Positions 41,993-56,943 of a DNA stretch of 64,000 nucleotides are shown in pieces. The stretch is from NCBI GenBank assembly GCA_964016885.1, contig OZ024743.1:200384001-200448000 (forward strand), given 5' to 3'. The DNA is from Eledone cirrhosa (taxonomy: Eukaryota). The position numbers and the translations under genes are program-made. How positions within the stretch are numbered: position 1 is the stretch's first letter; each line of letters begins with the position of its first letter. The notes under the pieces were generated by a model. The model worked only from the letters and a program-made list of their open reading frames with translations. It did not search any database and was not told the origin of the DNA.

Positions 41993-42013
41993 CCTCAGTT
42001 TTATATATATAGA
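41335..42013 (-). mobile_element. Non-autonomous Helitron
   Basis: Minus strand 5' TCTATATATATAAAA, then (TG)n, then 3' hairpin CCCGTGCAACGCCGGG and CTAG; inserted between A and T with no TSD. Confidence 0.85.
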
Positions 42014-42190
42014 TAACAGGAGGCTGGACTGGTGTAATTCCTTAAAAGGTTTATTATACTATGATTACTTCAGTAACCGGGTTCAGTATGAATCCGGTGA
42101 CATCATCAGGTATTCGAAATTTTACAAATGATCATAGTATAATAAACCTTTTAAGGAATTACACCAGTCCAGCCTCCTGTTATCTTATAA
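42014..42190. mobile_element. MITE-like palindromic element with ~50-bp arms
   Basis: taacaggaggctggactggtgtaattccttaaaaggtttattatactatgat and its reverse complement. Confidence 0.85.
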
Positions 42191-42605
42191 TAATTAACTC
42201 CGTACTCGCAGCACCACCAACACAAACGAAGACGAGTGAGTTGCATTACGTCGAGTGCTCTCCCTAATATTACATCGAGGTTGACCATACGGAATGACCA
42301 GTTCTCTCCAGTGGTGAACCAACAAACCTAAATATATATATATATATATATATAACTGTGTGTGTGCGTGCGCGAGTGTGTGTGCGTGTGGATGTGTGTG
42401 TATTAATAGTTTTATTATACAAAAACTACGTAAAATGACGGCTGCAGCTTGATAACATCCGTCAACCCCATACTAGTTGCTGGTATTGAGGGCTGGTTTA
42501 AAGACAATAATAAGAGCAGATCAGCGACTGGTTTAACAGTATATTCTGTTCATTTTGTCTACGAGTTTGGGCAATCGACGTTCTTATTTACATGCATACA
42601 CACAG

Positions 42606-42691
<86 letters not shown>

Positions 42692-42695
42692 ATAT

Positions 42696-42903
42696 AACGA
42701 AGGAAATGTGGTACGGAACCAGGTGGACCATAACGCACCAAAGTACTCAATACTTAGAGTAGTAGAGTGGGTAATAGGAACGAGTAGGACCCCGACGGCT
42801 GAGCTCAAGCCATTTCGACGGCTAATTCTGGACTAACATTTTAGTCCAGAATTAGCCGTCGAAACGGCTTGAGCTCAGCCGTCGGGATCCTATTCGTTCC
42901 TAT
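42696..42903. mobile_element. Tail-plus-hairpin element (palindrome 42774-42903) in (TA)n
   Basis: ~63-bp arms around a ~4-nt loop; ~80-bp one-sided tail gtggtacggaaccaggtggacc...gtagagtgggta. Confidence 0.85.
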
Positions 42904-42928
42904 ATATATATATATATATATATATTTA

Positions 42929-42988
<60 letters not shown>

Positions 42989-43699
42989 TTACACCACACT
43001 AATTCAACTTGCTACTACAATGCTCACCAGAATGCAGTGAAAACAAAATTCTCCTCCATCAGCTGCAGGTGCTCGACAAAATCCCCCACCCCACCAACGG
43101 CATCTAGTGAAAAGACTACATACAAGAACCGATACCACAAAAGCATTTTTTCTTTCCTTTTCTTTTTATTCTATGAAGACTATAACCGTCATGAAGAATA
43201 TGTTATGTATACAAATTACAAACCTGACGAAAAGAAACAAAAGATAAATAAAATAAAAAAGCGGTACGGAGAGACAACTCTGTACCCTTGGCAGTAGTTT
43301 ATATTATATTTTATACAACAGCAGTGACGTTTATTTATATATTTATTGTTTAATAAGCAGTAAAACTTTCCAGATAAACGCTGAAACAAATCACCTTCAT
43401 TAAGATAATCATCTTAATGAGATTTACTCATTAAATTAAATATATATCAACGTATCTCAGTCATTAAGATAAACATTTTCAAGCATGTGATATAGTCATT
43501 ATAGGTCGTCATTAGTATTGTTATTGTTATTCTTTATACTTGCTACTGCTTTGTACTGGTAGCAGCTGTTGTTACCGAGCTTTGTTGATGTTGTTGTTGC
43601 TGCTGTGGTTGTTGTCATTGTTGTTGTTGACGGCGTTGCGTGTGTTGGTGTTTGTGATGGTTGTGTTGGTGTTACTTTTTCTGACTGTTGATTTGTAAT

Positions 43700-43830
43700 T
43701 TCTATAACTGAGTTTGTTGGAGGCTCTTCCTTTCCAGATTGTCCTTGACAACAATATCCATTTGATTAGACTCGCATTTCCTGTCAGCATAGATTGGCAT
43801 ATCCCACTGTGTGGTCGATTTGACATGGTA
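43700..43830 (-). mobile_element. Old R4/Dong-like endonuclease fragment
   Basis: WDMPIYADRKCESNQMDIVVKD resembles the WD.PI.TD...NRPDIVV motif of this endonuclease domain. Confidence 0.5.
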
Positions 43831-43961
43831 TTTCAAATCTAGGAATACATAATCCATCACGTCCCTCTTTTCACAAAGGAATAGGGTGTGATATGAAGTA
43901 GAATCGATTGCCATTTCTACACAGCTCTTCTATTGGCTCCTTTATGTACTGTATGTGAGAT

Positions 43962-44144
43962 AATTGTTTCTACTTTTGGCACAAGGCCAGCAATTACCCA
44001 GTGCATTACTGGTACTTTATTTTATCGACCCCGTAAGGATGAAAGGCAAAGTTAACCTCGGCGGGATTTGAACTCAGAATGGCAAGGGCCGTAACTATGC
44101 GTCAAAGCATGGCGTCCGACCCTCTACCGATACTGCCAATCCAC
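43962..44144 (-). mobile_element. Full-length family-1 tRNA-derived SINE
   Basis: A box TGGCAGTATCGG, B box GAGTTCAAATCC, body, 3' ggccttgtgccaaaagtagaaacaatt. Confidence 0.9.
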
Positions 44145-45031
44145 ATAACACAGAAGCATGAAGTAAAGTAGCAAAATATATATGATATACGATATACGAA
44201 GTAGTAGAATGGAGGCAGTTTTAAAATATTAAGATATGACCGGTTTCTATGATGTGATATAAAAGAACAAAAACAAACATTGAAAAGAATCAGAGAAGTT
44301 GGTTTGCACAGTTTGGATATGTTACTATGAGTCAGTATGGATGTTTGGGGTAATCTTATCGTCAGCATATGATGTCTATTCTTTGAGACGGAGACATCTG
44401 TGACAGTGGGGGGAGGGTACTATCCTGTTATTGATGGAACCTTCCATAGTTTAAAGATAAAACTGTTCCGGTGAAGGCCTCGTTCGAAGAACCCTTGTGT
44501 TGAGACCATTGGTGAAATTATTTAGATTCTTAACTGACATATTTCTGCTGTCATTGGAATATTATCTGGATCTTCTTTAGATAATATCAACAGCAGAGTC
44601 TATGGCCTTTCTTCAAATAAAGACTTTTTCGAAAGAACAGTTGCTTTCAGGAAACAATCACATGTATAAATGCACATATGCAAGCGTGTATGTGGTTGCA
44701 TATGTATCCAGGAAGCATGAGTGATACAATATTTGACACCTACTCTGGTTAGCACCATAAGACCTCTTTTCGGTCCTTTCTACATGCTAATATCTATTGC
44801 CTCCCCGGTTTCACGAACAAAATCTATTGTCTCCTTTTACCAATTCCCCCATACTAGTTTCGTTTCTGGTCCCTTTGTCCCGTTGAAGAATATTTTTCTT
44901 ACAAAACAGAGTGAGCCGCCGAGGATTGGGGCACTTATTTGTCGTACCCAGGGAAACAATTGTGACGTATTGTATTTTGTCTGTAATTAAATAATATGTA
45001 TACCTAAAGACACACACACACATACAAACGC

Positions 45032-45066
<35 letters not shown>

Positions 45067-45150
45067 CAATATCAAATCAACCTTCTCAAATGCAAGTAGA
45101 TGTTGTTACGGTATGTCGAATCTATTTATCTATAAAACTGTTTATATTGT

Positions 45151-45214
45151 ATTTTGTCTGAGGAAGGCATAGCATATTGTTAATATGATATCCCTGAAAT
45201 ATATATAATGAAAT
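45151..45214 (+). ncRNA. Type I hammerhead ribozyme candidate
   Basis: attttgt-CTGAGGA-aggcatagcatatt gtt aatatgatatccct-GAAA-TATATA-TA-atgaaat, followed by AATAAA; paralog of 63003. Confidence 0.7.
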
Positions 45215-45342
45215 AAATATGGTTTTATAAATATAGTTTCCATTTATTTAATATTGTAAATATACTCCAAATATTTGTCGAGTGCTTTTATATCAGTTAT
45301 AAATATTTACTAGTTGTAACCCAACAATTTAAATATAACTTT

Positions 45343-45378
<36 letters not shown>

Positions 45379-45614
45379 TATATATATGCATATATATATG
45401 TGTGTATATATGAGCCCTCTTTGGATTGTAGCTAAAATACTTATAGTTATGCATAGTCGTTAATATGTGTGTATTATTTATATAAATAATTTGTAACAGC
45501 ATTTAGCTCTGCAAATATATAATGCATATTTTCCAGGGCATTATTATCAAAATACGTATGTAGCATAATTAATGACTTTCATATATGTATGTATATATAC
45601 TATATATATACACA

Positions 45615-45651
<37 letters not shown>

Positions 45652-45723
45652 TGTGTGTATGTGTGTGTATTTGCATACGAATAAGTGGTATATATGCAAA
45701 CAATATTCTTTGTATCTAAATAT

Positions 45724-45759
<36 letters not shown>

Positions 45760-45910
45760 CTCTCTGTGTGTACGTGTGCGTGCGTTTGTTTGCGTGTTAA
45801 TATGCGCATATATATATATATATATATGAGTGTGTGTCTATATGTGACCGAGTCTCTGTGTGTGAGTGTGTGAGTGTGTGTGTGTCTATGTGTGTGTGTG
45901 CGTGTGTCTG

Positions 45911-46034
<124 letters not shown>

Positions 46035-46631
46035 CGTGTAATAGAAGCAATTTTAACTTGATGTGATTTTTATTCGCTTTGTTGTCCATAGCTAAATTTA
46101 TTGACGTTATGTGTCTCACTCCATTAATACTGGGTAATCCCTTGACAATTTCATATAACTCATGCTGTTCCTATTCACGTTCACTTATATCCATCCACTC
46201 AAGCTTAATTTGCTTTTACATAGATTTTTTTAGAAATCCTGAAATTGTATATTCTTATAATTTCCGTATCATTATATGCAAATATATATATCTTTGAAAT
46301 AACGTTGCTATTCCATTCTATATTGCTACTAATATTTTTTTTTACTAAATCTTTCTCATACGATTCTATTAGTATTGTTTTGTCGCTATTTCCCACTGCT
46401 ATTGTTAATCTTTCTTGCATTGTATTTCACGTATGTGAGGATCCTAATGTCGATATCAAACATGCAATCGGTTATTGAATAATTCGATTTACCATCATCG
46501 AATTGTAGTTTTTTGATTGGGAAAAAGTAATGGCGAATAATTTTTTTAAATGGTTTTTCTCAGCATGCAACACAGAAATGCTGCTGCTGTTAGTATATAT
46601 ATATATGTGTGTGTGTGTGCGTGTGTATGTA

Positions 46632-46679
<48 letters not shown>

Positions 46680-46682
46680 TAT

Positions 46683-46820
46683 AACAAAGAAGGTGTGGTA
46701 AGATACCAGGTGGACCATAATGCACCGGAGTACTCGATACTTAGGTTAGTAGAGTGGGTAATAGATAGGAAAAGAGGGAAACGGCCGGATCTCAGCCGTT
46801 GGGGTCCTGATTTTCTTCCT
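46683..46820. mobile_element. Tail-plus-hairpin family member (one arm mostly absent)
   Basis: gtggtaagataccaggtggaccataatgcaccggagtactcgatacttagg...gaaacggccggatctcagccg. Confidence 0.7.
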
Positions 46821-46918
46821 ATATATATATATGTGTGTGTGTAAAAGGTAAACAACACAATCGGTACAGTATATAGAAGGTATATATTAGGTTAACGATT
46901 GATATAGCAGGAAGAGGG

Positions 46919-46957
46919 TCTTAACGTTTTGGCGGACGCTAGTCCTTCATCAGAAGA
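46919..46957 (-). ncRNA. Degenerate minimal hammerhead motif
   Basis: tctt-CTGATGA-aggactagcgtcc-gcc-AAAA-CG-TT-aaga; the GAAA core is damaged. Confidence 0.4.
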
Positions 46958-47182
46958 AAGAATGAGAAATAAAATAGAAAAAAGGGACGGGTGTGATAGA
47001 ATTGGAAAAAATGTCTTTAGATGAAAATAATAGGTCCATTCATGTTGAAATCTCTTGCAAAACTGTTGGTGCTGGCGTTTTGTGTATGATTTTTATTTTA
47101 GAAAAGTGACGCGCGTCTACCTGAAATGGAAAAAAAAACGTTTTGTAAAAAGAGCTATACTTGAGCACGTGCGTAAGCATGA

Positions 47183-47351
<169 letters not shown>

Positions 47352-47379
47352 GAGATAGAGAGAGGCAGATAATATTCAA

Positions 47380-49076
47380 GTAGCAAGAGAGAGAAGGAGG
47401 GATAGGCTATACATGTAGTTATTTGCCAATAGCGTATGCAGAGGGTGCTCAATACTAGTGCCGGCAGTGTTAAATATTAGAAGTGTTAATATCTAGTGGG
47501 CGAGAGAATTAGCAGAGCGGAAGCACGTGGAGAAGTAAATAAAGGAGAACAAACCGTTAAAATATCTTTATTTAAAATACCACCTACGTACGTTTCGCCC
47601 GAATCGGCTTCTCAGGGGCATAAACAACTAAAAAGCGTTCCTTACATGACCCGGAATGGGTTTTTAGAAATGAGTTCACATCAGAGTTCATTCTTCGTAA
47701 AAAAACAAGTATTGATTTTGCAGTAGGTCAAGGGAAATAACTCTAGCCGGTGTTAGGGCAGTATTTTCCGGACGGCTTTTTTATCCGTTACTACTATATG
47801 GTTACTACCCTACCATTATCGATACGCACAGGGTCAGGTATGCAACGTTAGTTTCGAGATGTTTGTTTGCTGCGCCTGCTTGCCCGGGTCGATTCATGCC
47901 AGGTCTGGGATGCATGGTTAGTGTCCGGATGTTTTTTTGCAGCGCCTGCCCGCCGGGGTGTTAAAGTTTGGAGCAGGGAGACCCGGTTTACGGTTTCCAC
48001 TCCTCGTTCTTATTCCATTTGGAGTAGGATATATTTTAAGCGGTGTGTACAGCTTATCGTCGTTTCAGCTCTGCTGTTGATGAGCTTATGGAGTGCCGTT
48101 ATGATATGGTAGAGCTCCATGAGGCAAAGCTCGCACTTCCTCTTGAAGTTGTACGGTGCTGCTCTGCCGACAATTTCCCAGTGCGTTGAGAAGCTGTTTT
48201 TTTAGTCTTTTAATGCTGCCTAACTGATAGGGTTATATATAGGTGCACCGTAACTAGCTATAATAGCGTTAAACATTATATAGGGGCTACCTCTGGCCCG
48301 TTCAAAAATAGATTTCGAACACATCTCCACTCTTTCGCAAACAAGAAACTAAGACACTCCACTTCGCTCGCGAACTACATGACAGCATTAAAAGACTCAA
48401 ACATCAGCTTTTCCACGCACTGGGAAATTGTCGGCAGAGCAGCACCGTACGACTAAAAGAGGAAGTGCGAGCTTTGCCTCATGGAGCTCTACCATATCAT
48501 AACGGCACTCCACGAGCTCATCAACAGCAGAGCTGAAACGACGATAAGATGTACACAGCGCTTAAAAATATCCTACTCCAGATGGAATAAGAACGAGGAG
48601 TGGAAACCGTAAACCGGGTCTCCCTACACCAAACTTTAACACCCCGGCGGGCAGGCGCTGCAAAAAACATCCGGAAACTAACCATGCATCCCAAACCCGG
48701 CATGAATCGACCCGAGCGGGCAGGCGCAGCAAACAAACATCTCGAAACTAACGTTGCATACCTGACCCTGTGCGTATCGACAATGGTCGGGTAGTAACCA
48801 CATAATAGTAACGGATAAAAAAAGTCGTCCGGAAAATACTGCCCTAACACCGGCTAGAGTTATTTCCCTTGACCTACTGCAAAATCAATACTTGTTTTTT
48901 TTTACGAAGAATGAACTCTGATGTGACCTTATTTCTAAAATCCCATTCCGAGTCATGTAAGGAACGCTTTTTAGTTGTTTATGCGCTTGAGAAGCGGATT
49001 CGGGCGAAACGTACGTAGGTGGTATTTTAAATAAAGATGTTTTAACGGTTTGTTCGCCTTTATTTACTTCTCCACG

Positions 49077-49077
<1 letters not shown>
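47380..49077 (+). mobile_element. Penelope-like element 3' end (GIY-YIG with CxxC...C tail) with a ~700-bp inverted duplication
   Basis: + strand ~48217-48570 (not in the ORF track): CLTDRVIYRCTV...HYIGATSGPFKNRFRTHLHSF...TSLANY...WEIVGRAAPYD*KRKCELCLMELYHII...INSRAETTIRC. Arms ~47523-48220 and ~48382-49077. Confidence 0.88.
48983..49020 (+). ncRNA. Minimal hammerhead variant (U3-A8 core); mirror copy at 47582-47619 on the minus strand
   Basis: TTGAGAA-gcggattcgggc-GAAA-CGTACG-TA-ggt, followed by AATAAA; palindromic stem III. Confidence 0.6.
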
Positions 49078-49107
<30 letters not shown>

Positions 49108-49134
49108 TATGTGTGTGCGTGTGTGTGTGTGTGA

Positions 49135-49185
<51 letters not shown>

Positions 49186-49238
49186 CGTTTTTTATCTAAT
49201 TGTATCGTATCTTATTTTCAATTTTTATATTTGATTGC

Positions 49239-49620
49239 ATTATTATACAGGCAGTATCGGTAGAGAGTCGAACGCCATGCTTTGAAGCATAGAGTTACGT
49301 CCCTTTATGATCTGAGTTCAAATCCCGCCGAGGTTAACTTTTCCTTTCATCCTTACGGGGTCGATAAAATAAAGTACCAGTAATGTACTGGGTAATTGCT
49401 GGCCTTGTGCCTAAAATAGAAACAATTATTATACAGGCACTATCGGTAGAGGGTCGGACATGCTTTCCAGCATAGTTACGTCCCTTTTTCGATCTGAGTT
49501 CAAATCCCGCCGAGGTTAACTTTGCCTTTCGTCCATACGGGGGTCGATAAAATAAAGTAGCAGTAATGTACTGGGTTATTGCTGGCCTTGTGCCGAAAGT
49601 AGAAACAATTATTATACAGG
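49239..49620 (+). mobile_element. Head-to-tail dimer of family-1 SINE
   Basis: Two near-full copies; attattatacagg at 49239, 49425 and 49608. Confidence 0.9.
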
Positions 49621-50049
49621 TGCTTCTACTAGGAAGGTTTTGCGAAACTATAGAGCAGGTGATCTGCAACAAGGCTTCCGATAGTGCCATGCCGTGGGTA
49701 CAGAGCATTTCTGTGACTCCGTCTATTCTGCGGACTTTCTCATGGTCTGAAATATGAGTACTTGGTGGTAGATATCCGCAGGGCCGGTTCAGTTAATTAG
49801 CATTCTAATTAGATGACCAAAGCATATGTTGCATTGTTGCGCATGACCACAGTCTAATGAATGAAACCAGTAATAGAATAAAAGAATGAACGAATACATC
49901 TAATTTCACTGAGCGTATTTAAATTGGGAACATATCACGGGTGTATTGGTGCATACATTTCATTGCTGTTACAGATCTTCAGTGACACTTAGACTTGGCA
50001 ACTGATGTAAAGAAATCAAAATCGTCTCATGAAAAGCAACGTCAAATGA

Positions 50050-50345
50050 AGCGTTTTGTTCAAGAACAAAACGCACCTCTCGGCCCAGGAATAGAACCCA
50101 CAATCATATAATGGTGTGTAGAACAACTTAAGAATTAGGCTACGAGTGTTCATATACAATATGTTTGCTTATAAGAGTATATTTACGCCAGCAATTACTC
50201 CAGTGCATTACTGGTGCTTTATTTTATCGACCCCGTAAGGGTGAGAGGCAAAATCAACCTTGGTGGGATTTTAACCCAGACCGCAAAGGGGCGTAACTCT
50301 ATGCTCCAAAGCATGGCGTCCGACCCTCTACTTATACCGCCAGGA
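50050..50345 (-). mobile_element. Degenerate family-2 SINE head (~50050-50150) and family-1 SINE (~50187-50345)
   Basis: Similarity to the better-preserved copies in this window. Confidence 0.7.
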
Positions 50346-50770
50346 AATAACGAAGTATAAACATATTTAAAAAATGGTTTTTCAAATATAGAACTGGTAC
50401 ACTACCACAAGTAAAACAGACCAAAACATTTGCTGTCTAAACGAATCTAAAATTTAAACTGCAGTAAGGAAATAAGGATTACCGCAAGAAAAATACAAAG
50501 CTGCAAAACGACAAATATTAGAAGCAGAAACTGAAGCAAAATTCCGGGTAAAGAAAAATACTAACGGACTAAATGAATCAATGCCAGAAGTAGAAAGATT
50601 ATGAATTATCGAAAGGAAGCAAAACGAAAAACACGTCATTCGATCACTCAGATGGAGAAATTAATTAATTTCTCGCATCATTGAATGCTTATGGACTGCC
50701 TTAAATAACTCGACTGATATCTGTACTATTGCAGCTTCATCTTCAATATATATATATATATATATATATA

Positions 50771-51267
<497 letters not shown>

Positions 51268-52369
51268 GGCCTGCCAGTAAATTTGAAAGAGTTTAGCTAC
51301 CAAGGAATAAATAAACAACGCAAGATACATATAACAATTTCAAAGGGGTGACATGGTTTGAGACATGTAAGTACGTGCAAAAATGTATTTCGACTGAGAC
51401 TGAAATACATGAGAAAATACGATTGTGCACGAAGGTAATACGAATGTAAAGGAAATAGAGTGAGTCGTTCGAACAAAGTCCTTGAACAGAAAGATGATAT
51501 TGGAGTAGAGACGAAGACGCGACAGGTTCTATTGCGGATGTATCGAAAAGGGAAGGAAATAGACGAGACAGTGGTTCTACTTTCTTGTCTTGTATTTCAA
51601 TCAAAAGACTATCCCCTACGTACTTACATATCTCAACACCCTATGTTACTTCGGTATATATATCTTTTCATGTTTTGCTTTCCTTGTCTTATTCCCCAGT
51701 AACCCAGCTCCTAGTAATGTACACTACTGATAGGTACCTTCGTGTTATTTTGTTTATATTTAATGACATAATACAACTTATTTGAATATTATGTTGTTTC
51801 CTTCTCTCGGGGTGGCTAAATCCTTAATATGAAACTCGTGGCTCAGTGGTTAATATGTTTGTCTCACTGACACAAATTTGTTATTTCGATTCCCGGCAGT
51901 TCATTCTGTTACTGAGAAAAGCATTATATCCCACGACGTTGTTCCAATTTACTCAGATGGCAAAAAATAGTTGTATCTTTAATTGCAACAAAATATTAGG
52001 TCACAAAGTATGAAATTTGTAGAAATTTATGGAAAAATAACAAATTTCTACAAATGTTATACTTGACGATCCAATACAATTAGATGTTCTATGTGAAAAA
52101 GCTGGGACGTTCATTAAATATTAGATGATTCTTAATAACTTGAGAGATCACGTAAAACATCACATCAGTAAGTTTTGGTATCGACTCGTGTCATAATCGT
52201 TTAGTGGCTTGTAAATAATGAAATTATACTCAAATCATGCTGAGAGTTGTGTTTTGAGCTGCTTGTATCCGTATATCTTTCACTCATTTCTATATGTTCT
52301 ACTTTTCTATACATATACAGTACATGTACGTATGTATGTACATATATACGTGTGTAAACCCCCAACACA

Positions 52370-53470
<1,101 letters not shown>

Positions 53471-54704
53471 ACATATGCATGGACCTATCTATTGTGAGTG
53501 AGTGTGTGTGTTTGTATTTGTGTGTACATATGTATGACTCTGCCTGTCATGTTTAAGACTTTATATACTTGCATGTTTATACATATGTATATATATGTAT
53601 ATCTATATATGTATGTGTGTGTGTGTGCGTATGTATGTCTGTGTGTGTGTATTTGTGCATGAATGCCGAAGCCCTCCCTGCCCTCAGCTAGTTATGCATA
53701 CTTTATTGTAAGAAATACATTGAAACTATTTTTTCTTCTTCTACTTCTTCTTCTTCTCTTACATACGTACATCTCCCTCCACCTCTACCCTCCACTCTTT
53801 TCCCATTACTTCATTCTTACACCACGTGCAACTAATTAATCCTAGAGAATTCTCTAGATGTTTCACATTTCTTGCTATAGTTTCTTGGGGGTGTGTCTAC
53901 GATAGAGTTTGTTGTGGTGGGACGGTGAAGATTTTAGTATTTTGGGTGTATGGTAATGCCGAGGGTGCCGGTGTAAGAGGTGGTGGTGTTAGCAGTGAAG
54001 TGAATGGTACTGATGATAGTGAGAGTGGTGGTATTGGTAGTAGTGCTACTGGATGTGGTACTAAAGCTTTTTGTGGTGCTGTTGAGGTTTGTATTCTTAT
54101 TGGTGGTTGGGAAGGGTTGGTACTGTTAGTAATATTGGTATCTAATTTAGGCACAAGGCCAGCAGTTGTGGGTGAAGACAAAGTTGATGATACCAACCCT
54201 GTACTTAATTAGTACTTTATCTAAAAACCTTGGAGTGGTGAATCTCGGCTCAATGATACGAATAGGGATTCCCTATCATTGCAACATCCTGGAAACCTTC
54301 TGAGATATGTATACTTGTAGGAGGTCAACTAAACATACACAGATCTGAACTTTAATAACAGGGATATGATATTGGCTGATATGATATTGATTACCAACAT
54401 TTAAAATTATCCTAGCCATGACCATCAGATCTATGTTAGAATACATTATCTAATGTGTCCTCTACTCTGATTTGCTGGAGATTTGAGTGTTGGCTGTGAT
54501 AATGGTGGTGCTGATAGTCGTAATAGTGGTTTTGGTGTATGTGGTAGTTGTAGTGGTGGTGTTGGTGCCGTTAGTATTGATGCTGCTGATATTGTCTGCA
54601 TTACTAATGCCGTTTCGTAATAATGTAGTTCTGGGCAAGTGTCTTCAATTATAGCCTGGGGCTGGCCAATGGCTTTTGGACGTAATTTGGTAGATGGAAA
54701 TGTA

Positions 54705-56880
54705 TATATTGTTATATTTTGGGAGGATCATGCTGCCAATAAAAACACATGCACCTGTTGGTTTTCACTTCAATTCATCATAAATTTCGGGTTGGTTGGT
54801 TGGTTCGATAACCGGATGGTTGTTTATATATTGTCAAAGCTCTTTCGTCACACATTCTGTGACCTCCTCAGTGACCGGTTTTTTATTTTGTGTCTCTCCT
54901 TTGATCTGTCCTACTCCATCTTGTTTTTGTGTGTTGTGTGCTTAGTTTGTGTATGAGTTACACCCAGGTGTATGTGTGTTTTTATTTATTTATGTTTATT
55001 TACTTGTCACTAGTTGGTTGTTTGTTCTATCTGTGTGTGTCTGATTTGTTTTGTTAGTTTTTTTGTGAGTTTGTATGTCTTCATTTTGTCCTTAATTACT
55101 AGTTGTGATGTTGCTATTCGACTCATGTTTTCTGTTTAATTTTGGCTGGAGTTTGTTTATGTTTGTCGCTTCTGTGATTTGTCTGAGCATTGCATCTTTT
55201 CTGTGTGTGGATATCATTTTTATCTCCATGTTTTCTAATGTGCACCTATGTTCTATTTTGGCATGTTGGTGGAGTACTGATGAGTGTTTCCTATCCTGGA
55301 GTTCTCGCCAGTGTTCACTTATTCTTTCTCCTACGCTAAGGGCTGTTTCACCTATGTATGTTATATTCTTATTCCTACACTGTCCCTCAGTACATCTTAT
55401 GCTATATACTACATTCCTAATTTTACAGTTTTGTTGTGGTCTTAGCTTGCAGACTACGAATTTCCTATCAGTACAGGGGGGGGGGGGGGGTCTTTGAAAT
55501 GGGTATACTTTACTAATTAGGGTTTTTATGGGAATACATGGTCTTTCAACTATCTTAATATTTAATTTGAGCTTGTATAGGTCCCCTCTAAATCTATAAG
55601 TTAGTTCGCCTCTATGGGTTGTATTGACGAACATTACAGTATGGTATTTATTGCTCTTATACCATGAGCTGATTTAATTTGCCTTATTCCTAATCCTTTC
55701 TATCCTGTTCCAAAATTTGCTCCTATATATGGAGCAAGTTCCATTTGCATTATTTTCTACAATCTTTGCCCATTTGGTTCTGGCTCCTTTATATACCTTG
55801 ATCTCTGCTTGTCGCCAGAGAACTGCATGCGGTGGGTCAAGTGTTGTATATGTCTCTCTAATTCTTTAGGGTTGCACATGTGGGACACGTTCCTCATCAC
55901 TTTTACTAAGTCCGCAATAAGTATATTGAATTTTATGTGAACCGAAACAGTTGAGTTTCGCTGGATCAGGTATTTGGAGGTCATGGGTTTGGCATAATGC
56001 GAATGGAGGATTTGCGTTCTATTGCTAATAGCTTCCCACCAGGGTTCTGTTTCTAGTACGGGTAATCTATAGTTGGGGTGTTTATTTGGGTAGTCCATAG
56101 TAATTTTAAAACTCTGGTGGATGGAGTTAGCTATTTGCTGGAGGCTTTCCATGACTGTTCCCATGTGTGGGTGTTTTTACTACGATGTTTATGTCATCTA
56201 CGTAGCGGCAGTACATAGTCAGGGTTATAAAATTGCCGTCTAATTGTTCCTTAAGTCTTCTGTCCCGCCATACCATAAATAGGCTAGCTATGTGACCTGC
56301 AATACTAATGCCAATAGCTGCCACTCTCCTTGGGCATATGTTTTGCCATTAAATTTGAACATAGGTTCCTTAAGGGTTAATCTTATACTGGCCCCCATCG
56401 CACGCGCGATCATTTTTTTTAAATTCATCGTGGTTTTCAAGGCTCCGTATGGTTCTTGTCCACCCGCTCCACCATTCTGTGTGAGTCTTCTTGGCCATTG
56501 CGGTAACAGTAGGTGGTCTGCTTCTTTCTGGCCTTGTTGGCTGCTGAGGTCATGTGTGTCTAAATACTCCTTATTGTATGTGAGTTTAAGTAGAAGTCCC
56601 AGCTCACTGGTATCAATCTCATGGAATACCACATACCTCTCGCTGGTCATTTCTACGCATTTTTCCACAGCAAAATCAACGATGGATGGGTATAGAGATA
56701 CGACATCCATGCTACCTATTGCACAGCCTGTTAGGTTCCTAGACAGATTGCATTCGCTGATTCTGCAGAGGAGATCCTCCGTGCTGTAGCATTTATCTGG
56801 GGACATCTAGATGATAAAGCGCATGATCAGGGACAGGAAGTAAGAGATCCTGTGGTTGCTAGCAATTGGACCTCCACAGA
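54705..56880 (-). mobile_element. Penelope-like element: decayed RT plus C-terminal GIY-YIG endonuclease
   Basis: RT motifs GSMDVVSLYPSI, AIGISIAGHIASLFM, YCRYVDDI, LPVLE...YAKPM. Endonuclease NVVYSIRC...YIGETALSVGERISEH...RQITEA...LNRK, stop at 55092. Confidence 0.9.
54833..54875 (-). ncRNA. Minimal type I hammerhead ribozyme in the PLE 3'UTR
   Basis: gtca-CTGAGGA-g gtcaca gaatg tgtgac-GAAA-GAGC-TT-tgac; perfect stems I and II. Confidence 0.8.
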
Positions 56881-56943
56881 CTGGCCGTGTTGGTGGTCAT
56901 ATATATATATATATATTATAATAATAATAATAATAATAATAAT

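Noticed and set aside
50400-50700. Lys/Glu-rich coding-like stretch
   Set aside because: Short, interrupted by stops and without a recognisable motif.
53826-54212. 128-aa ORF as a host exon
   Set aside because: GGT-rich low-complexity sequence ending in a SINE fragment.
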